A stretch of 64,000 nucleotides of DNA from Trueperaceae bacterium (GCA_965213705.1 OZ243913.1:384001-448000); one strand, 5' to 3'; positions 1 through 10,132 are shown, counted from the first letter of the stretch. The notes: generated by a model from the letters alone, not told the origin. Program-made: numbers and translations.

Positions 1-1028
1 GCCTCGGCGCGGTGGTCGGCGGCGCGGTAGAGCTTGACCTTGTCGCCCGCGGCTTTCACAGGACGCAGGTCTTTCTCCAAGCGCCCCTCGTTCGGCAAGA
101 TGACGGCGTTGGCGAGCGAGAGCACGCTGGCAACCGAGCGGTAGTTGAGTTCTAAGCGGTACACGGCAGCGTCCGGGTAATCCTTTTGAAAGTCTAAAAT
201 ATTGCGCACGTCCGCGCCGCGGAACGAATATATCGACTGGTCGGGGTCACCGACGACCATCAGGTTGCCGTACTTGCTGGCGAGCTGCTGCGTGAGCCGG
301 TACTGCACCTGGTTCGTGTCCTGGTACTCGTCCACGTGAACGAAGACCGCGCGCTGCTGCACCTTGTCGAGGGTGTCGGGGTGCGTGTCGAACAGCTCCA
401 CCGTGCGGCCCAAAATGTCGTTGAAGTCGACCGCGTTGGCGCGACGCAGGCGCATCTCGTAGCGCCGGTACGCCTCGACGAGCAGGTCGATGGGCAGACC
501 CGCGACCATGCCGCCCCAGAGCCGTTCGCCCTCGGCGTCCAAGGTTTCGGGCGTCCACAGGTTCGACTTGGCCCGGTCGATGAGGGCGCGGAGCACTCGA
601 GGGTTGGCGTCGTCGAGACCGCTCACCGTTTTCAAGATGTCTTTGAGCACGTCCAACTGGTCGTTGTCGTCGTAAATGCCGAAACCGCTTTTGAGGTCGA
701 TAAGTTCGCCGTAGGCGCGCAAAACGCGCAAACAGGCCGAGTGAAAGGTGCTCACCCACAGCTCTTTGCCCCTGTGGCCGATTAAAGTTTCGACCCGCTC
801 TTTCATCTCGCCCGCAGCCTTGTTGGTAAAGGTCACGGCGAGGATTTGCTGCGGGTAGACGCCGTACTCCTGCATCAGGTAGGCGATGCGGTGAACGACG
901 GTGCGCGTCTTGCCCGAGCCCGCGCCCGCAATCACCAGGGCCGGGCCGTCGTAGTGCTGCACGGCGGCGGCTTGCGCTTCGTTCAGGGGTGCCAGTAGAG
1001 GGTGGTCGCTTACGGTTGAGTCACTCAC
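1..1028 (-). CDS. uvrD: UvrD/PcrA superfamily-1 DNA helicase, 5' part (runs off the window)
   Basis: Manual translation from GTG 1028 gives MSDSTVSDHPLLAPLNEAQAAAVQHYDGPALVIAGAGSGKTR, with Walker A, AVTFTNKAA, VDEYQDTN, VGDPDQSIYSFRG and LELNYRS motifs. -10 TATAGT lies 6 nt upstream. Confidence 0.95.
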   Translation of the reverse strand, partial: MSDSTVSDHPLLAPLNEAQAAAVQHYDGPALVIAGAGSGKTRTVVHRIAYLMQEYGVYPQQILAVTFTNKAAGEMKERVETLIGHRGKELWVSTFHSACLRVLRAYGELIDLKSGFGIYDDNDQLDVLKDILKTVSGLDDANPRVLRALIDRAKSNLWTPETLDAEGERLWGGMVAGLPIDLLVEAYRRYEMRLRRANAVDFNDILGRTVELFDTHPDTLDKVQQRAVFVHVDEYQDTNQVQYRLTQQLASKYGNLMVVGDPDQSIYSFRGADVRNILDFQKDYPDAAVYRLELNYRSVASVLSLANAVILPNEGRLEKDLRPVKAAGDKVKLYRAADHRAE

Positions 1029-1124
1029 AGGGAAACTATAACGCCTCGAGCGCCCTCCGACCGGCTGACGGTAGACTTGCAGCCATCTCAGCCGGAGCCT
1101 TGCGAAAGCGGCTACACTGAACGC

Positions 1125-1487
1125 ATGACTCGGGCGCACATCATTCAAACGCTCAGCAAGCACTTAGGCGAACTGCAAACACGGTTCGGCATTCAAAAGC
1201 TTTCCCTGTTTGGTTCGGTGGCGAGAAACGAGGCCGAACACGGCAGCGACGTAGACCTCGTCGCCGACTACGGCGCTGCTCCGACCTTTCGGCAATATAC
1301 GGATGCGTTGCTATACTTGGAAGACTTGTTGGGTTGCAAGGTGGACTTGATAACCCGTGACAGCTTGAAAAGTGAACTCATACCCGCCGTTGGGCAAGAC
1401 CTTTTGACCATCCAAAATGCCGCGAAACGCACTTCTGTTTCTGAAAGACATGCGCGTTGCCGCTTAAAAATTACCTACCAAGTGTAA
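1125..1487 (+). CDS. MNT-family minimal nucleotidyltransferase (antitoxin of HEPN-MNT type), C-terminus apparently extended by stop-codon loss
   Basis: LFGSVARNEAEHGSDVDL (GSx10DxD) and LGCKVDL motifs. ATG 1125 has TACACT 6 nt upstream. Confidence 0.85.
   Translation: MTRAHIIQTLSKHLGELQTRFGIQKLSLFGSVARNEAEHGSDVDLVADYGAAPTFRQYTDALLYLEDLLGCKVDLITRDSLKSELIPAVGQDLLTIQNAAKRTSVSERHARCRLKITYQV
1417..1467 (+). pseudogene. 5' remnant of a HEPN/DUF86 toxin gene
   Basis: ATG 1417 reads MPRNALLFLKDMRVAA*. It overlaps the MNT end and resembles DUF86 N-termini (MxRDxxLYLxDxxxA). Confidence 0.55.
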
Positions 1488-1534
1488 AAGAAATTGTAAG
1501 CAGTGGATGCGTTTTACCCAAGTAGGAGGAAGCT

Positions 1535-1795
1535 ATGAATGTACATGAGTTAGACCGCCGTCTGAAAGAAGAAGGCGTTAATCCTCGGTTTTACATCATT
1601 GGTAATGCTACTCCAGCAGACCAGTGGGTTATAAAGCAAGAGGCGAATAGGAAATGGCCAGTGTTCTATGGTGAGCGAGACTATAGGCTTGATGAGAAAT
1701 TTTTTCACTCAGAAGAGGAGGTAAGCCAGTACTTTTACAGATTGGTAATTAGTGAACCCGATGCTTTCTGGCGGCCAACTGATGGGGCAAATTAA
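1535..1795 (+). CDS. Small low-GC protein, putative polymorphic-toxin (TNT-type) immunity protein
   Basis: AGGAGG RBS, 86 aa, pattern MNxxELxxxLxxxGV...W.VFYGER...F.SEEE...Y. Composition is clearly AT-richer than the flanks. Confidence 0.5.
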   Translation: MNVHELDRRLKEEGVNPRFYIIGNATPADQWVIKQEANRKWPVFYGERDYRLDEKFFHSEEEVSQYFYRLVISEPDAFWRPTDGAN

Positions 1796-1817
1796 CCCGT
1801 TCACGTTAAAGTAACCC

Positions 1818-2489
1818 ATGACTCGAGCCGTCTGCTTCGACTTCGACGGCACGCTGGCACATTTTCAGGGTGACTTTTTACAGCTTTTAGACGCCTTTCG
1901 CACCGAACTCATGCTCGGTCAATGCGACATGAACGCCTTTAATGAAGTGCTCTCGAGCGAACTCCAAGCGGCGGGGCGAGTGTCGCTACTGAGCGCCACC
2001 ACTCGAACGCTTGAAAAGCTCGAGCAAGGCGTTCCCAACGACTTGCAGGTCGTGACCGACAGGACGCTACGCGATTACAGCGCGCAAGTAACCCTGATGC
2101 CGGGTGCGCAGGAGGTGCTCAAGCTTGTCTCCCACCTCCCCCTCGCCCTCGTCAGCAACGGCCCCAGCGACATGCAGCGCGCGGCCTTGGCAAAAGTCGG
2201 CATAGAGTCTTACTTCAAAACCATCGTGATTTCAGGTGACGAAGACGTGGCGGTACGCAAACCGAAAGGGCGCATTTTCGAGCTGGCCTGCGAACGCTTG
2301 AACGTGCTACCGGAGAAGGTGTTGATGGTTGGCGATAACTTAGAGGCCGACGTTCAGGGCGCGCTCGCCGCCGGTCTGCAAGCGGTTTGGCTCGGGAATT
2401 CAGAGGTTGAGGGCATAGCTAAAGTCAGCGACCTCACGGCACTCCGCGCTTACCTCGAGGACAAGCTGGCAGCCGACGGAAAAAACTAA
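1818..2489 (+). CDS. HAD-superfamily hydrolase (subfamily IA)
   Basis: FDFDGTL, VSNG, RKP and VGDNLEADV motifs. Confidence 0.9.
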   Translation: MTRAVCFDFDGTLAHFQGDFLQLLDAFRTELMLGQCDMNAFNEVLSSELQAAGRVSLLSATTRTLEKLEQGVPNDLQVVTDRTLRDYSAQVTLMPGAQEVLKLVSHLPLALVSNGPSDMQRAALAKVGIESYFKTIVISGDEDVAVRKPKGRIFELACERLNVLPEKVLMVGDNLEADVQGALAAGLQAVWLGNSEVEGIAKVSDLTALRAYLEDKLAADGKN

Positions 2490-2514
2490 AGCGAACTTAT
2501 AGCGATGGCACCTG

Positions 2515-3279
2515 TCAAGAACCGGGTCGGGCGCGTCGCAGGTTCGCAAGGTGGGTCTCGGCGTCGAACGGGGCTAACTCGCGCGGCACGTCGGGCACAC
2601 GACCCTCATACAGGGCGCGCAGATAGGCGATGTTTTTCGCCAATAGTTCTTTGCCGCTGACGGGGCCGTGCGACGGAATGACCGTTTTGACCCGCGCGTC
2701 GCCGTGCCAGCGCTCCAACTCGCCGAGCCACGCGCCCAGCGGCGAATCCTCGTACACCATCGGAAAGGGATGCTCGCAGGCGTCGCCACCCAAAAGCACG
2801 CCGCGTTCGGGTATAAACGCCACGACGCAGTCCCGTGTGTGGCCGGGAAGGGCGTGCAGCTCGAGCGTCAACCCACCTAACCTGAGGCTGAGGCTTGTTT
2901 CGAACGTGTGCGTCGGCGGGACGAGCCGGACAGCCTCGTAGCGGCTGTCGTCGGCTTGCTTAGCCCGGAGGGTTCGCGCGACGTCGGCAGGGTCGTTGAA
3001 GCGCTCCAAACAGCTTTCGTGGCCGATGACTTCTTCCGGCTCGAGGCCGTCCGTACCCCAAACGTGGTCCCAGTCCGCGTGGCTGTACACGACGCTGAGG
3101 GGCTTGCCCGCCGTCAACGCAGGCACCTCTCTCATGTCGTCCGGGTGAAGGAGCGTGTCCCAAACGACCGCGCGCTCCTGTCCACTGATGACCGCACTGC
3201 AAACGTCGAACGTGTCGGTCGTGCGCCACAGCAGGTAAAGACCGGGGCTGTGTTGAACAGCAGGTTGAACGGTGTCCAT
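2515..3279 (-). CDS. MBL-fold metallo-hydrolase
   Basis: SHADWDH, PGHT, GD and PSHG motifs. Confidence 0.88.
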   Translation of the reverse strand: MDTVQPAVQHSPGLYLLWRTTDTFDVCSAVISGQERAVVWDTLLHPDDMREVPALTAGKPLSVVYSHADWDHVWGTDGLEPEEVIGHESCLERFNDPADVARTLRAKQADDSRYEAVRLVPPTHTFETSLSLRLGGLTLELHALPGHTRDCVVAFIPERGVLLGGDACEHPFPMVYEDSPLGAWLGELERWHGDARVKTVIPSHGPVSGKELLAKNIAYLRALYEGRVPDVPRELAPFDAETHLANLRRARPGS

Positions 3280-3324
3280 AGGTCGAGTCTACGGTACGGC
3301 GAGCCTCAGCGAGTAAACTGACCC

Positions 3325-4536
3325 ATGCCCGCCGACGCCTTCCAACCAACCTCCCCCGAGTTTCTGGCGAACCCCTACCCTTTTTACAAGGAACTGCGCG
3401 AGACTGCGCCCATCTTTTTCTACGAGCCCTGGGGCAAGTGGATTGTGACGCGCTACGAAGACGTGAACGCGCTGCTCCGCGACCGCCGCTTGGGGCGGGT
3501 GTTGGAAAACCTGCGTGAGGAAGACCTGTTCGAAACTTTCGGCGCGGAGGCGGCTTTCGAGGTGTCGCGCATCGGCTCGCTGCTGGAAATCGAACCGCCC
3601 GACCACACCCGCGTCAGAGACGTGTTCCACCAGACCTTTACCCCAAAGCGTGTGCGCGAGCTGTCCGACAAGGTGACGGCGCTGTGTGAAAGGCTTGTGG
3701 AGGGGCTTAGCGCCCGTCCCGAGCGCCATGCCGACTTGATTGCAGACTTCGCCCAACCCATCCCGGTCACCGTCATCGCCGACCTGCTCGGCATCCCCGA
3801 GACTGACCGGCATCGACTCGTGCCGTGGTCGAGCGGCATCATAGGTTGGTTCGAGCCCGAGCGGACGCCCGCGATGGAGGCCGAGGCCGTCCGCTGCGCA
3901 CAAGAATTTATGGCTTACTTGAAAAGCCTTATCCCAGAACGGCGCGCCGAGCCCCGCGACGACCTATTCAGCGCCATGCTCAAAGTTCACGACGCCGAAC
4001 CCGAGCGCTTGAGCGAACTGGAACTCGTCAACAACTGCATCCTGCTCCTCAACGCCGGTCACGAGGCGGTGGTGAACGTCATCGGCAACGGGCTGTACGC
4101 GCTGCTCTCTCGCCCGGACCAGTGGACGCGCCTCAAAGCCGACCTGTCACTTGTTCCCACGGCCGTCGAGGAGATGATGCGCTACGACACGCCGCTGCAA
4201 TTTTTCGAACGCATCGTGCTCGAGCCCCTCCACTACCAAGGCTTGGACTGGCCCAGGGGCACCAAGCTCTGCCTTTACTACGGCAGCGCCAACCGCGACC
4301 CGGCGGTGTTCGCTGAACCCGACACCTTCGACATAAGCCGCTCGCCGAACCCGCACCTCGCGTTCGGGATGGGTTTGCACTACTGCATCGGCGCACCGCT
4401 GGCGCGGCTCGAGCTGCAAACCGCGCTGAGAACGTTGACCACGCGCCTGCCCGACCTGCGCCTGGTTGGTGACGCGCCTGAGTACCATCCGAAAAACGTG
4501 TTTCGCTACCTCAAAAAGCTCGAGGTCACTTTCTAA
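3325..4536 (+). CDS. Cytochrome P450
   Basis: AGHE I-helix, EEMMR (ExxR) and FGMGLHYCIG heme-ligand motif. Confidence 0.96.
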   Translation: MPADAFQPTSPEFLANPYPFYKELRETAPIFFYEPWGKWIVTRYEDVNALLRDRRLGRVLENLREEDLFETFGAEAAFEVSRIGSLLEIEPPDHTRVRDVFHQTFTPKRVRELSDKVTALCERLVEGLSARPERHADLIADFAQPIPVTVIADLLGIPETDRHRLVPWSSGIIGWFEPERTPAMEAEAVRCAQEFMAYLKSLIPERRAEPRDDLFSAMLKVHDAEPERLSELELVNNCILLLNAGHEAVVNVIGNGLYALLSRPDQWTRLKADLSLVPTAVEEMMRYDTPLQFFERIVLEPLHYQGLDWPRGTKLCLYYGSANRDPAVFAEPDTFDISRSPNPHLAFGMGLHYCIGAPLARLELQTALRTLTTRLPDLRLVGDAPEYHPKNVFRYLKKLEVTF

Positions 4537-4966
4537 TCACGAGCCAGACCCCGAACACGAGCACGAGGATACCGAGCGCGCGGCCGAGGGTCAGCGGCCG
4601 CACCGCCGCCCCCAACCAACCGAAATGGTCGAGCGCCGCGCCGAACACGAGTTGGGTGACGATGAACAGCGTAAAGGCGACGACCAGACCGAGGCGGGGC
4701 ACCACGAAACTCAGCGTGCCGATGATGACGAGGCCCGCTACACCGGACAGGTAAACGTAAGATGGAACGCTTTGCCAAGCTTTCAAGTTGCCGCCCCTCA
4801 GGGCCAGCATGACGAGACCCACCAGCAGGCCGCCCGAGCCGTAGGTGATGAACACGCTTTCCAAAACGCCCAACCGTCCCTCGAGCACCCCTAAAAACTG
4901 AGACTGTACGACCGTCGCCACACCGCCCACCACGCACAGCAAAGCTAAGAAAAGCCACGTCGCCAT
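4526..4966 (-). CDS. DMT-family (YdcZ/DUF606-like) small membrane transporter
   Basis: Five hydrophobic segments, with Q...G.L and TQL...DHFGW motifs. Confidence 0.8.
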   Translation of the reverse strand: MATWLFLALLCVVGGVATVVQSQFLGVLEGRLGVLESVFITYGSGGLLVGLVMLALRGGNLKAWQSVPSYVYLSGVAGLVIIGTLSFVVPRLGLVVAFTLFIVTQLVFGAALDHFGWLGAAVRPLTLGRALGILVLVFGVWLVIRK

Positions 4967-5025
4967 GTTGGTAGTTTAACCGGAGGTCGAGCGCCGACCG
5001 CACCGATTTACGATAGACTGAAACC

Positions 5026-5412
<387 letters not shown>

Positions 5413-5672
5413 GCGAAGAAGACCGGCGCGACTTGGCGAGGGCGGCTCGAGGGGGGCTGTGCGGCGTTTGCAGATATGCAAAGCTCATCAGAAGCAGTAA
5501 AGGCGGCATTTTTGTGATGTGTTCGCACCCCGAGTTGCCCAAGTATCAGGGGCAGCCAGTGCTGAGGTGTGGCGGCTTCAAGAGCCTAGAACCCGCAGCA
5601 AAGTAGCGGCTTGTGTCGTTTCGCCCTCTCAACCCTTACGCACCGGCGCCGACAAGCGGGTAAACTCGGGGC

Positions 5673-6287
5673 ATGGAAAACCCCAGCTGGCTCCACGTAC
5701 CCGACCGCGACGACCTCCCTGAAGACGTTCAAACCCTGTTCGGCAAGTTCGAGGACAAAACCGGCCTAATTCCCAACGTGGCGAGGGTCTTTGCGCTCAC
5801 GCCTCAACACTTTATGAAGTGGTTCAAGTATTACGACTTTCTGATGCGCAACGAAGAGAGCGAATTGTCCCGCAAAGAGCGCGAGATGATAGGTCTGGCG
5901 GTGTCGGCGCACAACCGCTGCGAATACTGCCTCGCCTCGCACAGCGCTTACCTGCGTGAGATTACGGGCGACCCGGCGCTGAGTGAACTCATCACGCACA
6001 ACTACCGCCGCGCGCGTTTGAGCGAGCGGGAGCGGGCGCTGCTGGACTTCGCCGTGAAGCTTACCGAAGATTCTTTCGAGATGAGTCCGGAGGACTTAGG
6101 TCCGCTACGCGATTTGGGACTTTCCGACGAGACGATTTTCGAGGCGGGCCAGGTTGCGGCGATGTTCAACTTTACAAACAGGTTAGCCAACGCTTTCGGT
6201 TGGAAGCCGAACGAAGAGTATTATCACCAGCACCGCGAGGTTAAAAAAGAGGCTGAGCGAGAAGCTGCTGTGCCAGCCGACGACTGA
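5673..6287 (+). CDS. Peroxidase-related AhpD/CMD-family protein
   Basis: EREMI..AVS..NRCEYCLASH and FNFTNRLA motifs. Confidence 0.88.
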   Translation: MENPSWLHVPDRDDLPEDVQTLFGKFEDKTGLIPNVARVFALTPQHFMKWFKYYDFLMRNEESELSRKEREMIGLAVSAHNRCEYCLASHSAYLREITGDPALSELITHNYRRARLSERERALLDFAVKLTEDSFEMSPEDLGPLRDLGLSDETIFEAGQVAAMFNFTNRLANAFGWKPNEEYYHQHREVKKEAEREAAVPADD

Positions 6288-7248
6288 GGAGAGAAGCGCA
6301 CAAAAACCCGCGCCCCGCGAACGCGCCATAAAACCACAGACCGGGCCCAAGTTCCCTCACCAACGGCTCGTTGCCCTCCTGTTTGGCCCGCACGCCCGTC
6401 CACACCGAGACAAGGTGGGCGTGCGCCAAGTCCTTGACGAACCGGCTCGCCGAACGCTGTAACTGTGCAGCCGCGCCGGAGTTGGTCTCACCTTCGGCGC
6501 GGTGGTTGCCTCCCACAAAAACATCCCCGTTTTTTTGAGCACCGTAGACCGCGCCCGCCAACGGCAAGGGCAGTGTGAGGTCGGTCTCGAGCCGCACCAC
6601 GTCCCCGGCTAAGTGCTCGAGCCCCGGCAGTTCCAAACCCGGTACGCGACCCGCGCCGACGCAGAGCACGACCCGGCCGGCGCTGAAAGTCTCGCCTCTC
6701 GAGACGACGTTCCAACGCGCGCCCGTTCGGGTGATATGTTCGACCTTGTGACGCTCGAGCGTCGCCGCACCGCGCCTTTCAGCTGAGCGGACGAGGGCGG
6801 CGAGGAAGGTTTCGGGCTCGAGCCAGCCGCCCCGCTCGACCAGCAGAGCGCCGAAGGGCGCGTGGTAGGGCGGCGGCACCTCGGCGGGCGGTAAAAAGAC
6901 GGTTCCCGGCAGCGTGCGCCACTTGTCGGCCTGCTTGGCGTTCGAGGCAATGCGCAACACGCCGCCGAGATGAACGCCGGGCTCGAGGCCTTCGCGCAGC
7001 AACTCGCTTTTCAAGTCCCGCATGGCAGCCAGACCCGCCGAATCGAGGTCGCTGGCCCTGGCCGTGCGGCCGCGGTGCGGGTTGAGGAGGGCCACGGGCA
7101 CGCCGGAGGCTCCCTGGCCCAGCGTCCCGGCCTCGAGCAGCGTCACCCGCACGGGGAACTTGCTGAGTTCGTAGACGAGGCTGCACCCGGCCACGCCGCC
7201 GCCGATGACAACGATGTGGGGACGATTGTCATCTTGTGGAGCGGGCAC
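6241..7248 (-). CDS. FAD-dependent oxidoreductase (DAO family, MnmC C-terminal-like)
   Basis: VVIGGGVAG dinucleotide motif, GASG, WTGVR and AGRGF. Confidence 0.8.
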   Translation of the reverse strand: MPAPQDDNRPHIVVIGGGVAGCSLVYELSKFPVRVTLLEAGTLGQGASGVPVALLNPHRGRTARASDLDSAGLAAMRDLKSELLREGLEPGVHLGGVLRIASNAKQADKWRTLPGTVFLPPAEVPPPYHAPFGALLVERGGWLEPETFLAALVRSAERRGAATLERHKVEHITRTGARWNVVSRGETFSAGRVVLCVGAGRVPGLELPGLEHLAGDVVRLETDLTLPLPLAGAVYGAQKNGDVFVGGNHRAEGETNSGAAAQLQRSASRFVKDLAHAHLVSVWTGVRAKQEGNEPLVRELGPGLWFYGAFAGRGFLCASLLSRRLAQQLLAQPLF

Positions 7249-7289
7249 GGTTGCCAGTATAAAGGGGACAAGATTAGGGAGACGTTTTC

Positions 7290-7847
7290 ATGTACCCACT
7301 TTTATTAGGTCTGCACAACCTTACGCGCTGGCTCGTCCTGCTCGCGGGTGTGGCGGCGCTCGTCACGGCCTACTGGGGTTTGTTCGCCAAGCGCGATTTC
7401 GGCGGCGTGGACAAGGCGACGGGCGTCGCTTTTACGGCCCTGTTCGGGCTGCAGGTGGTGCTCGGGCTCGTTCTTTACTTTATCGGGCCGTGGGGGATAA
7501 AGGCCTTGCCGAACCTGGACGCGGCCGAGGGCGGCGCGCGGGTGCAAATCATCTTTTTCAGCATGTACCACATCACCTTTATGTTGGTTGCCCTGGTCGT
7601 GGCGCAGCTCGGCTACTCGCTCGCTAAACGGGCTGCGACGGGCCGCCAGGCTTTCCGCCGCGCGGCGCTCGGCTACACGTTTGCGTTGGTGCTGGTCTTT
7701 GCGGCGATTCCCTGGGGCATCCGCCCGAACTGGCGGAACCTGGCCTTAAACACCTTGGGGCCGGTCGGTTTTGCAAACCCACAGCATCTCGCGCTTGCCG
7801 CCGGGCGGGCCGGGGCGTTTGTGAACCTCGAAGCCGACCCGTTGTAA
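7290..7847 (+). CDS. Four-TM membrane protein (cytochrome-b-like); the 3' tail overlaps the convergent gene
   Basis: LHNLTRW, Q..LG..LY, H...M and AIPW motifs, hydrophobic helices. Confidence 0.65.
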   Translation: MYPLLLGLHNLTRWLVLLAGVAALVTAYWGLFAKRDFGGVDKATGVAFTALFGLQVVLGLVLYFIGPWGIKALPNLDAAEGGARVQIIFFSMYHITFMLVALVVAQLGYSLAKRAATGRQAFRRAALGYTFALVLVFAAIPWGIRPNWRNLALNTLGPVGFANPQHLALAAGRAGAFVNLEADPL

Positions 7848-8450
7848 ACGCCTGCGCACCTCGCCCTTGACCGAGTAAGAAACGAGGACGCCGCCGGGCT
7901 CGAGAGCGCGGTACAAACCTTCAAAAAAACTCTCCGTCCACAGTTCGGGGTTGGCGTCGGGGCTGAAGGCGTCCTGGTAGACGGCGTCATAGGTATCATC
8001 TACGAAGGTTCGCTCGGTTGCTTCACCCACAAGCAGCTCGAGCCGCACCTCCCCGAAACGCCACTTGTAAACCCCGCCGGGCACCGTTTCCGGCAGCGCG
8101 CTTCTGAACGTCAGGTAAGACTCGATGAGTTCGGGGTGCTCCAAGTGAGCCTTGTACCCCAGCTCGCCGACGACGCTCGCCATCAACAGTTCGCGCTCGA
8201 GGGCCGTGTAGCTCAACAGGGTCCCAGCTTTCAGCGCAGCGTCCGCACTGACGAAAAAGTTCAGGCCGGTGCCGAAACCGACCTCGAGCACCTGCACTTT
8301 TTCGCCGTGGGTCAACTTGTCAGGCACGCCGGACGCCTCTAAAAAGACGTGCCGCGCCTCTTGCAGTGCGCCCCGGCTCGAGTGAAAAGTTTGCTCGTAG
8401 ACAGGGCTGAACAAGGTAGCGCTGCCGTCCTCGGTGCGGGTGCGGTACAC
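7746..8450 (-). CDS. mnmD: tRNA mnm5s2U34 methyltransferase (stand-alone MnmC methyltransferase domain, MnmD)
   Basis: TEDGSATL, FHS..GA..EA.HVF, LEVGFGTGLN, DAFSPDANPELW and GPPGGKREM motifs. Confidence 0.85.
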   Translation of the reverse strand: MYRTRTEDGSATLFSPVYEQTFHSSRGALQEARHVFLEASGVPDKLTHGEKVQVLEVGFGTGLNFFVSADAALKAGTLLSYTALERELLMASVVGELGYKAHLEHPELIESYLTFRSALPETVPGGVYKWRFGEVRLELLVGEATERTFVDDTYDAVYQDAFSPDANPELWTESFFEGLYRALEPGGVLVSYSVKGEVRRRLQRVGFEVHKRPGPPGGKREMLWVCKTDRPQGV

Positions 8451-8498
8451 CCCGCCAGTTTAAGCTTTGCCGGTCCCGGGTGAACGCGGTTTGGCCTC

Positions 8499-9203
8499 AT
8501 GGGGTATAGTTCGAGAAAGGATGACAAACCTACGCTCGACACCGCCGGGGGCGCTGCAGTGGCGGTAGTGGCCGACCTCGAAGGGACGCTCACCGTCGGC
8601 GAGACGTGGCGCGGTTTGGACCGCTTTCTCAGGGCGCACGAGCGCGCGGCAGACTACCGTTTGTTTTTTGTAAAACGGTTTCCGGGCGCACTCGCGGCCC
8701 GCTTCAACCTTATCGACCGACGCAAGTTTCGCGACGCGTGGCTGACCGAACTGCCCCAGTTTTTCAAAGGCATGAGCGAGCGCGAGTTTGCAGAGGTTGC
8801 CGCCTGGGTCGTCGAGAACGAGCTGTGGCCGCGGCGCCGTCACGACGTCATCGCGGCGCTCAGAGTTCACCAGGCGGCGGGGGAAGACCTTGTTTTGTCG
8901 TCGGGCACGTATCAGCCCGTCCTGGAAAGCTTTGCGAGGCGACTCGGGGCGCGCGCACTCGGCACGCCGCTGGCGGTAGAGAACGGCGCCTTGACCGGCA
9001 AGCTCGGCGGTGCGGTCAACGTCGGCAAGACCAAGGCCGAGCGGTTGCACGACGCGCTCGGCGTGGCGCGGCTTTACGCCGCTTACGGCGACACCGAGGC
9101 GGACGTACCTATGCTGCTGCTGAGCGACCGGCCGGTCGCCGTCTACCCGGACAAGGTGCTCAAGACAACCGCCACGGCGCTCGAGTGGACGATTTTGGAC
9201 TAG
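8499..9203 (+). CDS. HAD-IB family phosphatase
   Basis: DLEGTL, SSG, K and AYGDTEAD motifs. Confidence 0.8.
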   Translation: MGYSSRKDDKPTLDTAGGAAVAVVADLEGTLTVGETWRGLDRFLRAHERAADYRLFFVKRFPGALAARFNLIDRRKFRDAWLTELPQFFKGMSEREFAEVAAWVVENELWPRRRHDVIAALRVHQAAGEDLVLSSGTYQPVLESFARRLGARALGTPLAVENGALTGKLGGAVNVGKTKAERLHDALGVARLYAAYGDTEADVPMLLLSDRPVAVYPDKVLKTTATALEWTILD

Positions 9204-9288
9204 GTTGAAGTTCGCCGGTCACGGAGTTGAAGCTCGTCGGTCACGGAGTCGGCGAGAGGGCGCGAGCGGCTTCAGCGAGCACCCCAAC

Positions 9289-9981
9289 CTAGCGGCGGGG
9301 AACGATTTCTATGTTGCTCGTCACCTTGACGACGACGTCGGCGGGCAAGACGCCGCGCAGGGTCGCGCCGCTGTAAACGAGGCTGCGTGCGCCGACGACG
9401 GTGCCCGGTGCGGTTACCGCGTTGCAACCGACGGAAACGTGGTCACCGAGCGCCGCGCCGAACTTGCGTAGGCCGGTCGCCACGCCGCCCACGTGAATTT
9501 CGTCGCCGAAGGTCTTGAAGTTGGCGAGCTTGACACCTGCGCCTAAGTTGACGTTCGTCCCGAGCACACTATCACCGACGTAGTTGAGGTGCGCGGCCTT
9601 GGCGTGGGGCAAAAACAGCGAGCGCTTCACCTCGGTTTTAGGGCCGACGACCGCGCCCGGAGCCAGCACCACGGGTCCGCGCAGGTAAGCGCCGTGCTTG
9701 ACGGTTGCGCCCGCACCCAACCACACCGGACCCTCGAGCAACGCGTGCGGCCCGACCGTTGCGGTTTCGTGCAAGTAGAGTGCGCCGCTGACGACGGCCG
9801 TGGGGTGGACGGTTCCCGCCCGGTGGTCGCCGAGCCCCTGCAAAAAGGCGTCCAGTCGAGCCAGGACGTCCCAGGGCTGAGGTACGTCCAGCAAAGCCCG
9901 CAGAGCGTCGGGGAGGTCGGTAGGGTCGAACAGGTCGCTGGTACTGGGAACGGGTGTACTGGGAACGGGGGCGCTGGGCAT
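9289..9981 (-). CDS. Left-handed beta-helix acyltransferase (GlmU C-terminal-like)
   Basis: Hexapeptide repeats, EVKRS, HLNYVGDSVLG..VNLGAG and RKFGA. ATG 9981 has TACACT 6 nt upstream. Confidence 0.85.
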   Translation of the reverse strand: MPSAPVPSTPVPSTSDLFDPTDLPDALRALLDVPQPWDVLARLDAFLQGLGDHRAGTVHPTAVVSGALYLHETATVGPHALLEGPVWLGAGATVKHGAYLRGPVVLAPGAVVGPKTEVKRSLFLPHAKAAHLNYVGDSVLGTNVNLGAGVKLANFKTFGDEIHVGGVATGLRKFGAALGDHVSVGCNAVTAPGTVVGARSLVYSGATLRGVLPADVVVKVTSNIEIVPRR

Positions 9982-10132
9982 CCTCAGAGTGTAGCGCGCC
10001 GCGTTCCAGTGGGGCGTTAAAATGCTCCTAATACGCACCGGTACGGTGCGCGGAGCCCTCTGCCCAGGTCTGCAGCGGAAGTAGCAGCTCTTCTAAACCT
10101 GGACTAATGGAAACAAACCGGAAAGGGTACAC

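Noticed and set aside
5413..5672. 260-bp intergenic gap as a possible ncRNA or riboswitch
   Set aside because: No recognisable Rfam motif, and the downstream gene appears leaderless.
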